DNA from: Thermodesulfobacteriota bacterium
GTDB taxonomy: Bacteria > Desulfobacterota > Desulfobulbia > Desulfobulbales > SURF-16
Assembly (NCBI GenBank): GCA_049323935.1
Contig: JBMONN010000022.1
Coordinates: 29,890 to 93,889 of the forward strand
Direction of reading: 5' to 3'
Length of the DNA: 64,000 nucleotides
The notes beneath the pieces were generated by a model. The model worked only from the letters and a program-made list of their open reading frames with translations, was not told the DNA's origin and ran no database searches. This document shows positions 19,880 through 33,282 of the stretch, piece by piece; the first letter of the stretch is position 1; every line of letters begins with the position of its first letter. Both the position numbers and the translations under genes were made by a program.

Positions 19880-22437
19880 GGTTTGCTAGCGCCCTCTTGC
19901 TGTTCGTGGCGAATACGCTGGAGGAAATCGGCGAAAAAGCGGTCGATCGCCTCGTCGTCGGCCATTTTGACATCGAGCTGGCGGGTGAAGGCAATCAGTT
20001 CACCCAACCGGACGAGAATGGCTTCCAGATGGGCCGCTTCGAGCATCTTGGCCTTGCCCTGGACCAGATCCCCTTTGATCTCAACCTTGAATTGCATGCC
20101 GGTCAGCACCTGGCCGATCAGGCGGGCTCGGCGGCGGCGTTTATTCGCTTCGGCGAAACCGCCGAGGAAGCGGAAGTAGGCATAATTGTCCTCCGCCTCG
20201 GCCGACAGGTAACTGTCGATGATGTTGAAGTGATAACCGAGCCGCAGGCTGAGATTGCAGTAAGAGTCGGCGATAATGGCCAAATTTTCCCCGCTGTAGG
20301 GCGGGGCGTTGGTCAGCATGGAGAGGGGGTTGCTGAGCCCGGCGAGGAAGTCGCGGAAACCGAAGGGCGCCGGTTCCCGGCTCCAGGCGTCCGGCCGCAG
20401 CATGCCACGCAGCAGGGCGCGGAAGGGGCGACTTCGTACCTGGTCAGAGGCCACCGTGGTCTGCGCCGGCGCAATGAGCCCATCCCCCACGTCGAGAATC
20501 CTGATTTTGAGCGGGATGTCGGCCGTCAGTAGCGGGGCGTTGCGGTCCGCTGTCATCCGGCTCGAGGTGTGAAAGCCGATCAGTTCGGCCACCGCCTTTT
20601 CGTGGCAGAAACGGAGGACGTCGTGGATGGTGCGGCAGCCTTCCATCCGGAAGTCGGAGGAGGCCGGATTAATCAGATGGAGTGGGGCGATGAGGCGCAG
20701 CAGGCGGCGCAGCAGGCGGCTTTCCTTGTCATCGAGCAGAGATTCGAATGCCCCGCTCTGATGGAGATCCGGCGGCAGCTCGACCGTGCCGGCATAAATG
20801 GTGCGCTCCTCCACGTCAACGGTGATGGCCATACCGTCGGTGAGCAGCGCAGTGGCCTGTTCCACGCCGAACAGGGCCGGGGTCCGGTATTCCCTGGTAA
20901 CGGTGGCCAGATGACCGGTAGGGCTGCCGATGTCGGTGATGATCGCCCCGGCACGGCGGACGATTTCAGCAAGCCCGGGGCTGGCGAAGTGGCTGACGGC
21001 AATGGCGCCGACCGGGAAGCACTCTGCCGGCGTGCCATCGTTTACCTGCATGACCGGGCCGCTGGCAAGTCCCATGTGGCAGATAGAACCGCGGTCGGCA
21101 AGCAGCACCGGCAGGGTGGCAAGTTCCGCGCTGATCGTTGCCGGCGGTCGGGGAGAAGCGCCGCCAGAGAGCAGACGGAGGGGGCGGGACTGGAGAATCC
21201 AGAGGTGGCCGTGCTGATCGAGACTCCACTCGATATCCTGGGGTGACTCGAAATGCTTTTCCAGAATGATGCCGTATTCGGCAAGCTGGCGGAGCTGGGC
21301 AAGCCGGGCAATGGCAGAACCGCGCCGCAGGCGGCCATCGACCGGGGCGGTTGGTTTGCTGTCGTCATCCGCCGCCAGCGGCCGATGTCCGGCAATGGTG
21401 CTTGCCGTGAGGGTAAAGGGGTGGGTGCGGCGCAGCAGGTAGCGGTCGCCGCTGTCGAGACCGGCAACGAGTTGGTCACCCATGCCGCTTATTGCCGAGA
21501 TGACCATGACATCAGCATCCGGATGGTTGGGGTCACGGGTATAGAGCACACCGCTGACCCGTGGGCTGAGCATGGGCTGCACCAGCACCGCCATGGGGGC
21601 TTCCTCGGCCGGCGTCGCTGGGTCGAGGTAACGCAGCACCCGTTCGGAAAAACGGGAGGCCATGACCGTGAGGCAGGCCGCCGCCACCTCGTCTGCGGCA
21701 ACGTCGAGCAGTGATTGAAACTGGCCGGCAAAGCTGCGCTCCCCGTCTTCTTCCATGCCGCTGCTGCGAACGGCGAAACGTTCCGGCGCCGCCGGGCCGC
21801 GGCGCAGCTCTTTCACCGCCCTGGCGATCGCTTTTGCGAGGTCCGCGGGCAGGCGGGTCGAGGCAAACAGCGCGTTGATTTTTTTCGCCCGTTCAGCGCC
21901 ATCGGCGGTCTGCCTCAGGATGTGGTTGCAACGGACGAAGAGGTCGTTTGCTTCCATTAAGCGGCGATAGCCGGTGGTACTCACCACGAAACCGCCGGGC
22001 ACCGGCAGGGCAAGACTGTTTGTTACCTCGCCGAGGCATGCGCCCTTGCCGCCGGCCAGATGGCGGAGATCGCGGTGGAGGGTGTCCCAGCCCAGTACCA
22101 GTTGCGCCCCGTATGGACCGGCGCCGCCGGCCAGAATGTCGGCCAGATGATCGGCGATAATGGTGAGCTGATCGTAGAGTTTCTGATACCGGTCGCCGGT
22201 CATGGCGTTGAGGTTGTAGATGACCTGCCGTCCCTTTTCGACAATGGCGTTCACCGAGGTCTGAAGAAAGGTGCGGTCATAGACATAGTCGCCGCCCAGC
22301 ACCCGCTCCAGGTCGGCGATCATTTCCAGAATGCGGTTGTTGGTGGTAACGATGCGGCGGAAGTGGCCGAAGAGGGCGACAAAGGCGTCGGCGGCTGTGG
22401 TATTGCCGGTTTTGCTCAAGGGCCAGAGAGGGCTCAT
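19876..22437 (-). CDS. PEP-synthase/PPDK-like protein 2
   Basis: AGGKGACL, AVRSSGMEED..SFAGQF, GSPTGHLATVTRE, NLSLRLGYHF; 4-bp overlap with protein 3. Confidence 0.88.
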   Translation of the reverse strand: MSPLWPLSKTGNTTAADAFVALFGHFRRIVTTNNRILEMIADLERVLGGDYVYDRTFLQTSVNAIVEKGRQVIYNLNAMTGDRYQKLYDQLTIIADHLADILAGGAGPYGAQLVLGWDTLHRDLRHLAGGKGACLGEVTNSLALPVPGGFVVSTTGYRRLMEANDLFVRCNHILRQTADGAERAKKINALFASTRLPADLAKAIARAVKELRRGPAAPERFAVRSSGMEEDGERSFAGQFQSLLDVAADEVAAACLTVMASRFSERVLRYLDPATPAEEAPMAVLVQPMLSPRVSGVLYTRDPNHPDADVMVISAISGMGDQLVAGLDSGDRYLLRRTHPFTLTASTIAGHRPLAADDDSKPTAPVDGRLRRGSAIARLAQLRQLAEYGIILEKHFESPQDIEWSLDQHGHLWILQSRPLRLLSGGASPRPPATISAELATLPVLLADRGSICHMGLASGPVMQVNDGTPAECFPVGAIAVSHFASPGLAEIVRRAGAIITDIGSPTGHLATVTREYRTPALFGVEQATALLTDGMAITVDVEERTIYAGTVELPPDLHQSGAFESLLDDKESRLLRRLLRLIAPLHLINPASSDFRMEGCRTIHDVLRFCHEKAVAELIGFHTSSRMTADRNAPLLTADIPLKIRILDVGDGLIAPAQTTVASDQVRSRPFRALLRGMLRPDAWSREPAPFGFRDFLAGLSNPLSMLTNAPPYSGENLAIIADSYCNLSLRLGYHFNIIDSYLSAEAEDNYAYFRFLGGFAEANKRRRRARLIGQVLTGMQFKVEIKGDLVQGKAKMLEAAHLEAILVRLGELIAFTRQLDVKMADDEAIDRFFADFLQRIRHEQQEGASKP

Positions 22438-22558
22438 TGCCGCTCCTTGTCGCAGGGGGGAAAGGAAGCTCGTTGTGCAGAAAAAAGTCAGATTCGGGCC
22501 GAACCGGATTTTCGCACGAAAAAACCAGCAAAAAATCCGCCCCGAATAGGTGAGGTCA

Positions 22559-22587
22559 ATGATATTCAGTCAGGAACGATTAGACAA
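22559..22587 (-). promoter_or_regulatory. Candidate sigma70 promoter for proteins 2 and 3
   Basis: TTGTCT-N17-TATCAT on the minus strand, ~120 bp upstream of ATG 22437. Confidence 0.5.
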
Positions 22588-22646
22588 GGGAAATTGCCTG
22601 GAAATATCTCGGATTACCGAAAAAACGCCCCGGGCAGACAGAATCG

Positions 22647-22870
22647 TTACCCGATTGCCAGATTGCCGGTCGCCTGATCCGCCACCCGGCGGACATCGGC
22701 CAGGCATCAGCGGCCCTTGGGGTTCTTTTCGGCGCAGCGGCAGGAGCCCGTTCTTTTCTCCGCCGCGATCCATTCGAGGATGGTCGAGCGACCGTGGCGG
22801 CGGACATCTTCGCGGATATCGTCGCGCGTATAGCCGAAACAGTAACAGATGAGCGGATTGTCGGCGTTTG

Positions 22871-22874
<4 letters not shown>
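22647..22874 (-). CDS. BFD-like/CopZ-N-terminal-like [2Fe-2S] selenoprotein, 75 aa, Sec56
   Basis: MTNADNPLICYCFGYTRDDIREDVRRHGRSTILEWIAAEKRTGSCRCAEKNPKGR-U-CLADVRRVADQATGNLAIG; UGA at 22709-22707 replaces the first Cys of NPxGxCC; ATG overlaps the arsC stop. Confidence 0.88.
22672..22706 (-). promoter_or_regulatory. Bacterial SECIS element
   Basis: Directly after the UGA: GCCUG/CAGGC lower stem, UCCGCC-GGGU-GGCGGA upper stem; the G-led loop starts 19 nt after the UGA. Confidence 0.8.
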
Positions 22875-23304
<430 letters not shown>

Positions 23305-23314
<10 letters not shown>

Positions 23315-23703
23315 CGCGCCACCTCGCAGATCGCCTCGCGGATGAAGCGGGCCGGCACCGTCTCGTGGGTTACCCCGGCCCGGATAATGGTCCGGCAGCA
23401 GGTCTGCCGGCCAATCAGATCCGTGCAGGAACAGCAGGGATTTTCTCCGGCTGCGGCCTGGGGAAGCAGTTCTTCCAGGGGGGTGCCGTTGATGAGGATG
23501 CGATTTGACTCATTGATCGCATCGGCTGCCAACAGGGTCTCGCGCAGGGTAATGGTAACGCCTCTTGGTCCGCACTCCTGTTGCAGGGCCGCCAGGGCGG
23601 CGCGGATTTCACTGCCCGTTTCCGCGCAGCGGTCGCAGGTGGCGCCGTCCTGATCGAGGTGCCGCCATTCAATGACAATGGTCTGCTCCTTCTGACTATT
23701 CAT
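23305..23703 (-). CDS. DUF2703-like Cys-rich thioredoxin-fold protein
   Basis: TCDRCAETG, ESNRILINGTPLEE, CCSC..CCR; ars context. Confidence 0.75.
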
Positions 23704-23721
23704 TCGGTTCTCCTTTTGTTG

Positions 23722-24810
23722 TTATGGTTCACGGTCGACATGGCAGACGCCGGTCGGCGTGGTGCGGGTGAAGGGGAAATATTTTTTCTTGAACCAGAAG
23801 GCGACGTTGACCAGCATGATCAGCACCGGCACCTCCACCAGGGGGCCGATGACCGCGGCAAAGGCCTGGCCGGAGTCGATACCGAAGACAGCGATGGCCA
23901 CGGCAATGGCCAGTTCGAAGTTGTTGGAGGCGGCGGTAAAGGACAGAGTGGTGGCCTGTTCGTAGCTGGCCCCTACCTTCATGGACATGAAAAAGGAGAC
24001 GAGAAACATCACCAGAAAATAGATGGCCAGCGGCAGGGCGATGCGGAGCACGTCAAGGGGGAGCTGAACGATATACTCACCCTTGAGGGAAAACATCACC
24101 ATGATGGTGAAGAGCAGAAAGATGAGGGTAAAGGGGCTGATGATCGGCAGCAGTGTGTCCTGATACCACGCCTCGCCCATGGTTTTGACGCCGATGAGCC
24201 GGGTAATCATGCCGGCGAGAAAGGGGATGCCGAGATAGATGAAGACCGAGCGGGCGATTTCCGCCATGGAGATATCGACCTGCATGCCGGCCAGGCCGAT
24301 CGTCTCCGGCAGGAGGGTGATGAAGAACCAGGCGTACAAAGAAAAGAAGAGCACCTGGAAGATGGAGTTGAAGGCCACAAGCCCGGCGCAGTATTGCCGA
24401 TCACCCTCGGCCAGGTCGTTCCAGACGATGACCATGGCGATGCAGCGGGCCAGGCCGATGAGGATGAGGCCGACCATGTACTCCTGCCGGTCGGCGAGAA
24501 AGGCGATGGCAAGAGCAAACATCAGCAGCGGGCCAATGACCCAGTTCTGCACAAGCGACAGGGAAAGGACCAGGCCGTTGCGGAACACCTCGTGCAGCTT
24601 TTCATAACGGACCTTGGCGAGCGGCGGATACATCATGAGGATCAGCCCGATGGCGATCGGGATGTTGGTGGCGCCGACCTGAAAGGAGTTGATGACGTCG
24701 GTGATGGCGGGGATGAGATAGCCAGTCATGACGCCGGTGAACATGGCGAGAAAGATCCACAGGGTGAGAAAGCGGTCGAGAAAGGAGAGCTTTTTGCCGG
24801 TCGCGGTCAT
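23722..24810 (-). CDS. acr3: Acr3 arsenite efflux transporter
   Basis: [48 protein letters not shown]. Confidence 0.96.
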   Translation of the reverse strand: MTATGKKLSFLDRFLTLWIFLAMFTGVMTGYLIPAITDVINSFQVGATNIPIAIGLILMMYPPLAKVRYEKLHEVFRNGLVLSLSLVQNWVIGPLLMFALAIAFLADRQEYMVGLILIGLARCIAMVIVWNDLAEGDRQYCAGLVAFNSIFQVLFFSLYAWFFITLLPETIGLAGMQVDISMAEIARSVFIYLGIPFLAGMITRLIGVKTMGEAWYQDTLLPIISPFTLIFLLFTIMVMFSLKGEYIVQLPLDVLRIALPLAIYFLVMFLVSFFMSMKVGASYEQATTLSFTAASNNFELAIAVAIAVFGIDSGQAFAAVIGPLVEVPVLIMLVNVAFWFKKKYFPFTRTTPTGVCHVDREP

Positions 24811-24838
24811 GGTGAGATCCTGTGTGTTTTTCTTTTTG

Positions 24839-25540
24839 TCAGGGCAAGATCGAGGCGATAATCAGGTAGCCGCCGGTGCCGGCGATGACAAACCCCGCCC
24901 CTTTGCGCAGCACCCCGAGTTGCCGCTGCCAGGCGTTGCTGTGCATCATTTCCATGACCCTGGCGCTGAACATACCGGCCGCCACCAGCGGCAGGCAGTG
25001 GCCGGCGGCAAAGAGACAGAGCATGACGATGCCGGTCATCGTATCCTGCCGCAGGGTGATGACGCCGAGCAGCGGGGCGATGAAGCCGAAGGTGCAGGCC
25101 CCGGAAAGAAATCCGTAGGCCAGGCCGAGGACAAAGGCGCCGCCCATCCCCCGGATGTGGAAGCGTTGCAGCAGTCCGCCGGTGGCCGAGCATCGGGGGG
25201 CGCGAAATAGCGGCCAGGCCGCCCAGAGTAGGATGATCCCCACCGCGATCCGCCAGCCGTTGCCGACATCACCCAGCATCCTGCCGACGATGGCGCAGGC
25301 CATGCCGATGGTGATAATGGTCAGAAAGAGGCCGCCGGCAAAGAGCAGGGCATAGCCCGCCGCCTCCCTGGGGGGAAGGATGCGGCGCTGGCCGGCGACA
25401 TAGGCCACCAGCAGAGGGATGGAGGCCATGTGGCAGGGGCTGAGCAGCACGCTGACCATGCCCCAGACAAAGCTTGCCGGCAGGGCGAGAAGGGAGCCCT
25501 GCTCCATGGCGGTATTGATGGCGATCAGCAGTTCATTCAT
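24839..25540 (-). CDS. CcdA/DsbD-beta family transmembrane electron transporter
   Basis: LLSPCH and GACTF Cys pair, about 6 TM helices. Confidence 0.85.
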   Translation of the reverse strand: MNELLIAINTAMEQGSLLALPASFVWGMVSVLLSPCHMASIPLLVAYVAGQRRILPPREAAGYALLFAGGLFLTIITIGMACAIVGRMLGDVGNGWRIAVGIILLWAAWPLFRAPRCSATGGLLQRFHIRGMGGAFVLGLAYGFLSGACTFGFIAPLLGVITLRQDTMTGIVMLCLFAAGHCLPLVAAGMFSARVMEMMHSNAWQRQLGVLRKGAGFVIAGTGGYLIIASILP

Positions 25541-25546
25541 GGAGCA

Positions 25547-25948
25547 TCAGAGTAGCTGCTCGTCGATTCGTTTCTTGAGAAATGGTTTGTCGAGAAAACC
25601 GCTGTGGCGCCAGACCTCTTTGCCGGTTTTGTCATACAGTATCTGGGTGGGGATGGAGGTGATGGCGAATTTTTTCGCCATGTCGCGGTGTTGCCAGACG
25701 TCGATGAAGATGACGGCGGCCCTGCCGCTGTACTCCTGTTCCAGTTCGGCCAGGATCGGCGCCATCATCTTGCAGGGGATGCAGGATGTCGCCCCCAGGT
25801 CGATCAGGGTAACGGTGCCCGGCACCGGCAGAGCAGGCGGCAGTTCTTCCGCCGCGTGAACCGGGGGAATAGCCGTGCATAAAGCGGCGAGCAGGAAAAG
25901 GATGATGACAACAGGGTAGGATTTTGTCGGATTTGGTTTTGGCGTCAT
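25547..25948 (-). CDS. Exported thioredoxin-family protein
   Basis: Signal peptide ending VHA, DLGATSCIPCKMM, IPTQI. Confidence 0.88.
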   Translation of the reverse strand: MTPKPNPTKSYPVVIILFLLAALCTAIPPVHAAEELPPALPVPGTVTLIDLGATSCIPCKMMAPILAELEQEYSGRAAVIFIDVWQHRDMAKKFAITSIPTQILYDKTGKEVWRHSGFLDKPFLKKRIDEQLL

Positions 25949-26058
25949 TTGTCGTCTCCAACATTTTTTTCGCGGTATCGCGGCGCACCACATCGGCGAG
26001 GTCAAGCAGGCCATCCTGGCGATATTTCGCCTTAAATCCCTTGCCATTTGCAAGTTGC

Positions 26059-26289
26059 CTACCGTATCCAGGACAGCACATCCTTCTTATTCGGTACCTT
26101 GCCGACGCATTTCACCTGGCCGTCGATGACCACCGCCGGGGTGGAAAACACGCCGAGTTTGGCGATTTCATTGAAATCGGTGACTTTTTCCACTCGTATC
26201 TCGATGCCGGCCTCGTCGAGGGCCTCTCTGACGATCCGTTCCGCCTCATGACATTTGGCGCAGCCTGGGCCGCAGACCTTGATTTCCAT
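26059..26289 (-). CDS. Small redox-active disulfide protein (MTH895-like thioredoxin)
   Basis: MEIKVCGPGCAKC...STPAVVIDG; GGAGG RBS. Confidence 0.9.
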   Translation of the reverse strand: MEIKVCGPGCAKCHEAERIVREALDEAGIEIRVEKVTDFNEIAKLGVFSTPAVVIDGQVKCVGKVPNKKDVLSWIR

Positions 26290-26397
26290 ATGTTCCCTCC
26301 TTTTTTGTGCAGATTGGCCGCTTCCGCCGTTTCCCATGTCGGAGTGCTGGCCTTTCATACCTGGTTGCGGCAGACCGATCCGTTCTGGCCATGCCGG

Positions 26398-27696
26398 TTA
26401 GAAAAATGTTCCGTAGATCATGCCGCTGATCGTTGCCATAACGATGACCAGGGCGACAAAAACCACGGTTTTCTTTGTCCCCATGATGCTGCGGATGACC
26501 AGCATGTTGGGCAGGCTCAAGGCCGGACCGGCAAGCAGCAGGGCAAGCGCCGGGCCCTTGCCCATGCCGCTGCCGATGAGTCCCTGGAGGATGGGCACCT
26601 CGGTCAGGGTGGCGAAATACATGAAGGCCCCGGCAAAGGCGGCGAAGAAGTTGGCGAAAAAGGAATTGCCGCCCACCGCTTGGGTAACCCACTGGGAAGG
26701 AATGATCCCTTCATTGCCCGGTCGGCCGAGCAGCAGACCGGAGGTCAGGACGCCGAAGAGCAGCAGGGGGAGAATTTGTCTGGCAAATCCCCAGGACTCG
26801 CGGAACCACTCGCCGGTCTCATCCTCCCGGGTGCTGATGATGACCGAGAGACCGATAGAGCCGGCAACAAAGGCGAGGGTGGGATGTTCGGCGAAGAAGA
26901 GAGCGGCAAGCACGGCCGGCAGGGCGGCCAGGGTGAGCTGCCATGCCGGCAGGCCGTACCAGCGCACGAGGATAAGGCCGAAGGACGCCGCGAAAAACGA
27001 GGTGATCAGCCATTTGTTGCTGTGAATGGCGGCCCACAACCCATTGGTCTCGGCGGGCTTGCCCCAGTTGGCAAAGACCAGGATGCCGATCATGCCGGCG
27101 AAATAGAGGCCATTCTGCCAGAGGGGATGGCGGACTTCCTCCATCGGCATGGCCATCTGCATTTTTGCCTTCTCCAGCTCCTCTTTGCGGAAAAAAAGGT
27201 GCATAAGCAGGCCGATGACAACGCTGAAAAAGACCGCACCGACTGACCGGGCGATGCCGAGCTCCGGGCCGAGGATACGGGCGGTGAGGATGATGGCGAG
27301 AATATTGATGGCCGGGCCGGAATAAAGAAAGGCGGTGGCGGGTCCCAAACCGGCGCCCATGCGGTAAATGCCGGCAAAGAGGGGCAGGATGGTGCAGGAG
27401 CAGACGGCAAGCACGGTGCCGGAGACGGCGGCCACCCCATAGGCGACCAACTTGTTTGCGGTGGGACCGAGATATTGCAGCACCGAGCCCTGGCTGACGA
27501 AGACGGCGATGGCGCCGGCAATAAAAAAGGCCGGGATCAGGCAGAGCAGCACATGCTCCTCGGCGTACCACTTGACCAGATGCAGCGCCTCCAGCACCGC
27601 ATTGTCAAAACGGGGCAGTCCCACCGGCAGATAGTAACAGGCAAGGAATACGGCGACGATCAAGGCCAGGGGCTGCCATTCTCTCTTCCATTCCAT
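26398..27696 (-). CDS. ArsP/DUF318 family permease
   Basis: AVCSCTILPLF, SGPAIN, MYFATLTEVPI, GPALSLP. Confidence 0.88.
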   Translation of the reverse strand: MEWKREWQPLALIVAVFLACYYLPVGLPRFDNAVLEALHLVKWYAEEHVLLCLIPAFFIAGAIAVFVSQGSVLQYLGPTANKLVAYGVAAVSGTVLAVCSCTILPLFAGIYRMGAGLGPATAFLYSGPAINILAIILTARILGPELGIARSVGAVFFSVVIGLLMHLFFRKEELEKAKMQMAMPMEEVRHPLWQNGLYFAGMIGILVFANWGKPAETNGLWAAIHSNKWLITSFFAASFGLILVRWYGLPAWQLTLAALPAVLAALFFAEHPTLAFVAGSIGLSVIISTREDETGEWFRESWGFARQILPLLLFGVLTSGLLLGRPGNEGIIPSQWVTQAVGGNSFFANFFAAFAGAFMYFATLTEVPILQGLIGSGMGKGPALALLLAGPALSLPNMLVIRSIMGTKKTVVFVALVIVMATISGMIYGTFF

Positions 27697-27724
27697 AACA
27701 GGACTCCTGATGCGCGGTAATGCG

Positions 27725-28069
27725 CTATGCCGCCGTGATCCGGCAGCGGTCGACCCGCTTCACCCGGTCGGCCATTGCGGCAATATCCGGGTTCTCGGCA
27801 AGCCAGCCCCGCAGATGTTCCAGCATGGCAACGGCATAGCGATTGTCGGCGGTCGTCTCCAGCCGGTAGATGACCCAGGAGCCGTCTTTGCTCGATGCGA
27901 CCAGCCCGGCATCCTCCAGCAGCTTCAGATGCTTGGAGACGGTGGGCTGGGCCAGTTCCAGGACGGCGGTGATCTCACAGACGCAGAGTTCTTTTTCTTC
28001 CAGCATCTTGAGGATCTTCACTCTGTTCGGGTCGGACAGGGCCTTCATGACGCGAATGAAATCTTTCAT
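27725..28069 (-). CDS. arsR: ArsR/SmtB family repressor
   Basis: KALSDPNR, ELCVCEI, QPTVSKHLK. Confidence 0.93.
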   Translation of the reverse strand: MKDFIRVMKALSDPNRVKILKMLEEKELCVCEITAVLELAQPTVSKHLKLLEDAGLVASSKDGSWVIYRLETTADNRYAVAMLEHLRGWLAENPDIAAMADRVKRVDRCRITAA

Positions 28070-28084
28070 TAAGTTGCTCCTGTA

Positions 28085-28136
28085 TTTACATATTCAAATA
28101 TGGCAATATGTTAATGTCTAAAGACGTTGGTGTCAA
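28085..28136 (-). promoter_or_regulatory. ars promoter with overlapping ArsR operator
   Basis: TTGACA(28136-28131)-N17-TAACAT(28113-28108); inverted repeat ACATATT-N10-AATATGT at 28088-28111 overlaps the -10. Confidence 0.8.
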
Positions 28137-28159
28137 TGCAATTCGAGTGGAATTTTTTT

Positions 28160-28292
28160 TGACAAACCCGTAAAAAGTCTCTTTCCACCTCGGAGCGCAT
28201 TGAGGATACAGAGAAAACATCCTTAATTACAATCAGTTGTCTCTGGGTGGTCTGCGGTCTCTGTGGTTGATTTTCAGTTTACGAAATCATCT
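28160..28292 (+). repeat. Family-A element, copy 3
   Basis: TGACAAACCCGTAAAAAGTC...TTACAATCAGTTG...CTCTGTGGT...TTTACGAAATCATC. Confidence 0.9.
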
Positions 28293-28317
28293 TTTTAAGG
28301 GAGAGGGAAGAAGGGGA

Positions 28318-28348
28318 GAGCCCGGGGAAGAGGGACTTCCCCGGGTTC
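28318..28348 (-). terminator. Hairpin downstream of valS
   Basis: GAGCCCGGGGAAG-AGGGA-CTTCCCCGGGTTC; pyrimidine-rich but not poly-U tail on the minus strand. Confidence 0.55.
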
Positions 28349-28357
28349 AAAGGGGGA

Positions 28358-31042
<2,685 letters not shown>

Positions 31043-31113
31043 GGGGAATCCGTACTCGTCTGCGGGTGGGAAATAAGGTTACGGTTTTTTGGTATCGGGT
31101 TATGGTAGCGACG

Positions 31114-32175
31114 CTACCGGACGCTCCACGGCTTCGGAAAGAAGATGCTGGTGTAGAGATCCAGGGCGTAGCGGTCGGTCATGCCGGCGATAAAGTCGCA
31201 TACCTTGCGCGGCCGCTCGGTTTCCACCCCGTAGGGCGTTTGCTCCTCCCATATTCCGCGGCCTGGGATTTTGACATCCTCTTCCATGAAATATTCGTAG
31301 AGTTCGCGGATAATCTTCATCGCCTTGACGAATTCGCTGTGCACCTGGCTCGAATGGTAGACCCGTTCAAAGAGAAAGGTGCGCAGATCGGAGGTGGCCT
31401 GGAGAATGGTCGGACTCATGACCAGGCGCGATTCACCGGCCTCGATGGTGTTGACGATCAGATCGTTGACCATGGCGCTGATGCGCTGCGAGTTCGAGTC
31501 ACCGAGGCTCGCCCGGATGGAGTGAAGCATGTCCTTTTCTTCGATCAGCCCGGCCCGCACCGCGTCGTCGAGATCATGGTTGACGTAGGCAAAGATGTCG
31601 GCAAGGCGCACCACCTGTCCTTCCAAGGTTTCGGGCAGGTCGGAGAGATCCTCCGGCAGGATAATCTTTCTGCCCTTCGAGTGCTTGAGGATACCGTCCC
31701 GGACTTCATGTGTAAGGTTGAGTCCGCTACCCTTGTTTTCCAGGACATCAACCACCCGCAGGCTCTGTTCATAGTGACGGAAACCGCCGGGATGCAGCTC
31801 GTTTAATACCGATTCGCCGGCATGGCCGAAGGGGGTGTGACCGAGATCATGGCCGAGGGCGATGGCCTCGATGAGATGGCCATTGAGCCGCAGGGCAACA
31901 CCGATGGTGCGGGCGATCTGCGCCACTTCCAGGGCATGGGTAAGCCTGGTGCGGTAGTGGTCGCCGGTGGGGGCGAGAAAGACCTGGGTTTTATGGGTGA
32001 GCCGCCGGAATGTTTTCGAGTGGATGATGCGGTCCCGGTCCCGGGCAAAGGCCAGGCGCAGGGGACATTCCTCCTCCTGCCGAAGTCTGCCCTTGCTGTT
32101 TTTGGTATGACAGGCAAAAGGGGAGAGGTTTTTCGCCTCCCGCTCCTCCAGTTCAATTCGCAGGCATCTGGTCAT
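31114..32175 (-). CDS. dgt: dGTP triphosphohydrolase-like HD protein
   Basis: RDRDRIIHS, HKTQVF, RTRLTH, GHDLGHTPFGHAGE, IAGMTD. Confidence 0.9.
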   Translation of the reverse strand: MTRCLRIELEEREAKNLSPFACHTKNSKGRLRQEEECPLRLAFARDRDRIIHSKTFRRLTHKTQVFLAPTGDHYRTRLTHALEVAQIARTIGVALRLNGHLIEAIALGHDLGHTPFGHAGESVLNELHPGGFRHYEQSLRVVDVLENKGSGLNLTHEVRDGILKHSKGRKIILPEDLSDLPETLEGQVVRLADIFAYVNHDLDDAVRAGLIEEKDMLHSIRASLGDSNSQRISAMVNDLIVNTIEAGESRLVMSPTILQATSDLRTFLFERVYHSSQVHSEFVKAMKIIRELYEYFMEEDVKIPGRGIWEEQTPYGVETERPRKVCDFIAGMTDRYALDLYTSIFFPKPWSVR

Positions 32176-32195
32176 GACAAAGGCCGCTCACGAAA

Positions 32196-32223
32196 GCACC
32201 CACGGAAAGGGTTCCGTGGGTGC
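32196..32223. terminator. Perfect 12-bp hairpin between carbonic anhydrase 2 and dgt
   Basis: GCACCCACGGAA-AGGG-TTCCGTGGGTGC with a short U tail on the minus strand. Confidence 0.55.
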
Positions 32224-32250
32224 AGGTGGTGCATGGTATGAACGGAATGT

Positions 32251-33054
32251 TCAGTCGGCCCGGCTGCTGACATGGGTGACGATTTCCGCCTTGGAGAGAT
32301 CTTTCAGCACCGGATGCTGCATGATCTCGTTCGGGGTCTTGACGCCGTTGATGTTGGTGATGAGCAGCGAGCCGCGGCCCTGACCGTAGATATCGTTGAA
32401 GTCGTAGACCCCGCCGACGATGACAAGTTCATTGTGGGCAACCTTCTGTTGATAGGCCTGCATGGCGGAGTCAACCTGATAGTCAACGTTACGCTCGACG
32501 TTTTTGGCCCAGCGTTCCGTGTCGGTGCCGCTGCCGTCATCCATGGCGATGACCGGTTTGAGCGGATCAAGTTCCCTTTTGATGCCGGGGGTCTCTCCGG
32601 AATAGTCGCCCATCGCCGCTTTGACCGCACCGCAACTCGAATGGCCGAGAATGAGCAGAACTTTGGTCGGCAGGTGATTGACGCCGTAGTCCACCGAACC
32701 CTGGGAGTTTGCCACCTGGTTGCCGATGTTTCTGATAACGAAGATTTTGTTGTCCGGCATGATGCCGAAGAGATCGGTGTGCACCCGGGAGTCGGAGCAG
32801 GAGACCACCGTCAGATTGGGGGCCTGACCCGCCTGGAAGGTTTCGAAGTGACCGTTGTCATGGTGGCCCTTGAAGGCGTCGTTGCCCTGAATGATCGTTT
32901 TGACGGCCTCGCTGGCCGACATGGCCGGTTGATCGGCCGGAGCGCCGTGGCCGCCACCGTGACCACCCTGGTCGGACGCCGAGGCAAGGGGAGCCAAGGC
33001 AAGCAATGCGCTGAAACTGACGGCAAGAAAATACGGTTTCATCATCTTTTTCAT
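32251..33054 (-). CDS. Second exported beta-class carbonic anhydrase
   Basis: Signal peptide ending ASA, CSDSRV, RNIGN, GHSSCG; GGAGG RBS. Confidence 0.92.
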   Translation of the reverse strand: MKKMMKPYFLAVSFSALLALAPLASASDQGGHGGGHGAPADQPAMSASEAVKTIIQGNDAFKGHHDNGHFETFQAGQAPNLTVVSCSDSRVHTDLFGIMPDNKIFVIRNIGNQVANSQGSVDYGVNHLPTKVLLILGHSSCGAVKAAMGDYSGETPGIKRELDPLKPVIAMDDGSGTDTERWAKNVERNVDYQVDSAMQAYQQKVAHNELVIVGGVYDFNDIYGQGRGSLLITNINGVKTPNEIMQHPVLKDLSKAEIVTHVSSRAD

Positions 33055-33282
33055 TTTTCTCCTCCCGAGAGCAGGTGTGTCCGAAATCCATTCCGCACCG
33101 GTCAGTGCCGGCCGGTGTCGGATGGTCGTTTTGTCGTTGCAGCGGAGTGAACCGGATAAAATCACCAGACGACATTACTGATTATTTCGGTGACGGTCAA
33201 GAAATGTGATGGTTTTTTTTGTGCATTGACAAAAAACGACAGACCGGTTTGCCCCGGTTGCCGAGGCGGTCGATGTCTTTTT

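Noticed and set aside
22707-22709. In-frame TGA read as a pseudogene lesion
   Set aside because: It falls on an expected Cys position, is followed by a SECIS-like hairpin, and the frame continues with family-like sequence.
33200-33270. Minus-strand GGGCAAACC upstream of carbonic anhydrase 2 as a c-di-GMP-I riboswitch
   Set aside because: No GAAA tetraloop stem or following GCAAAGC and second hairpin.
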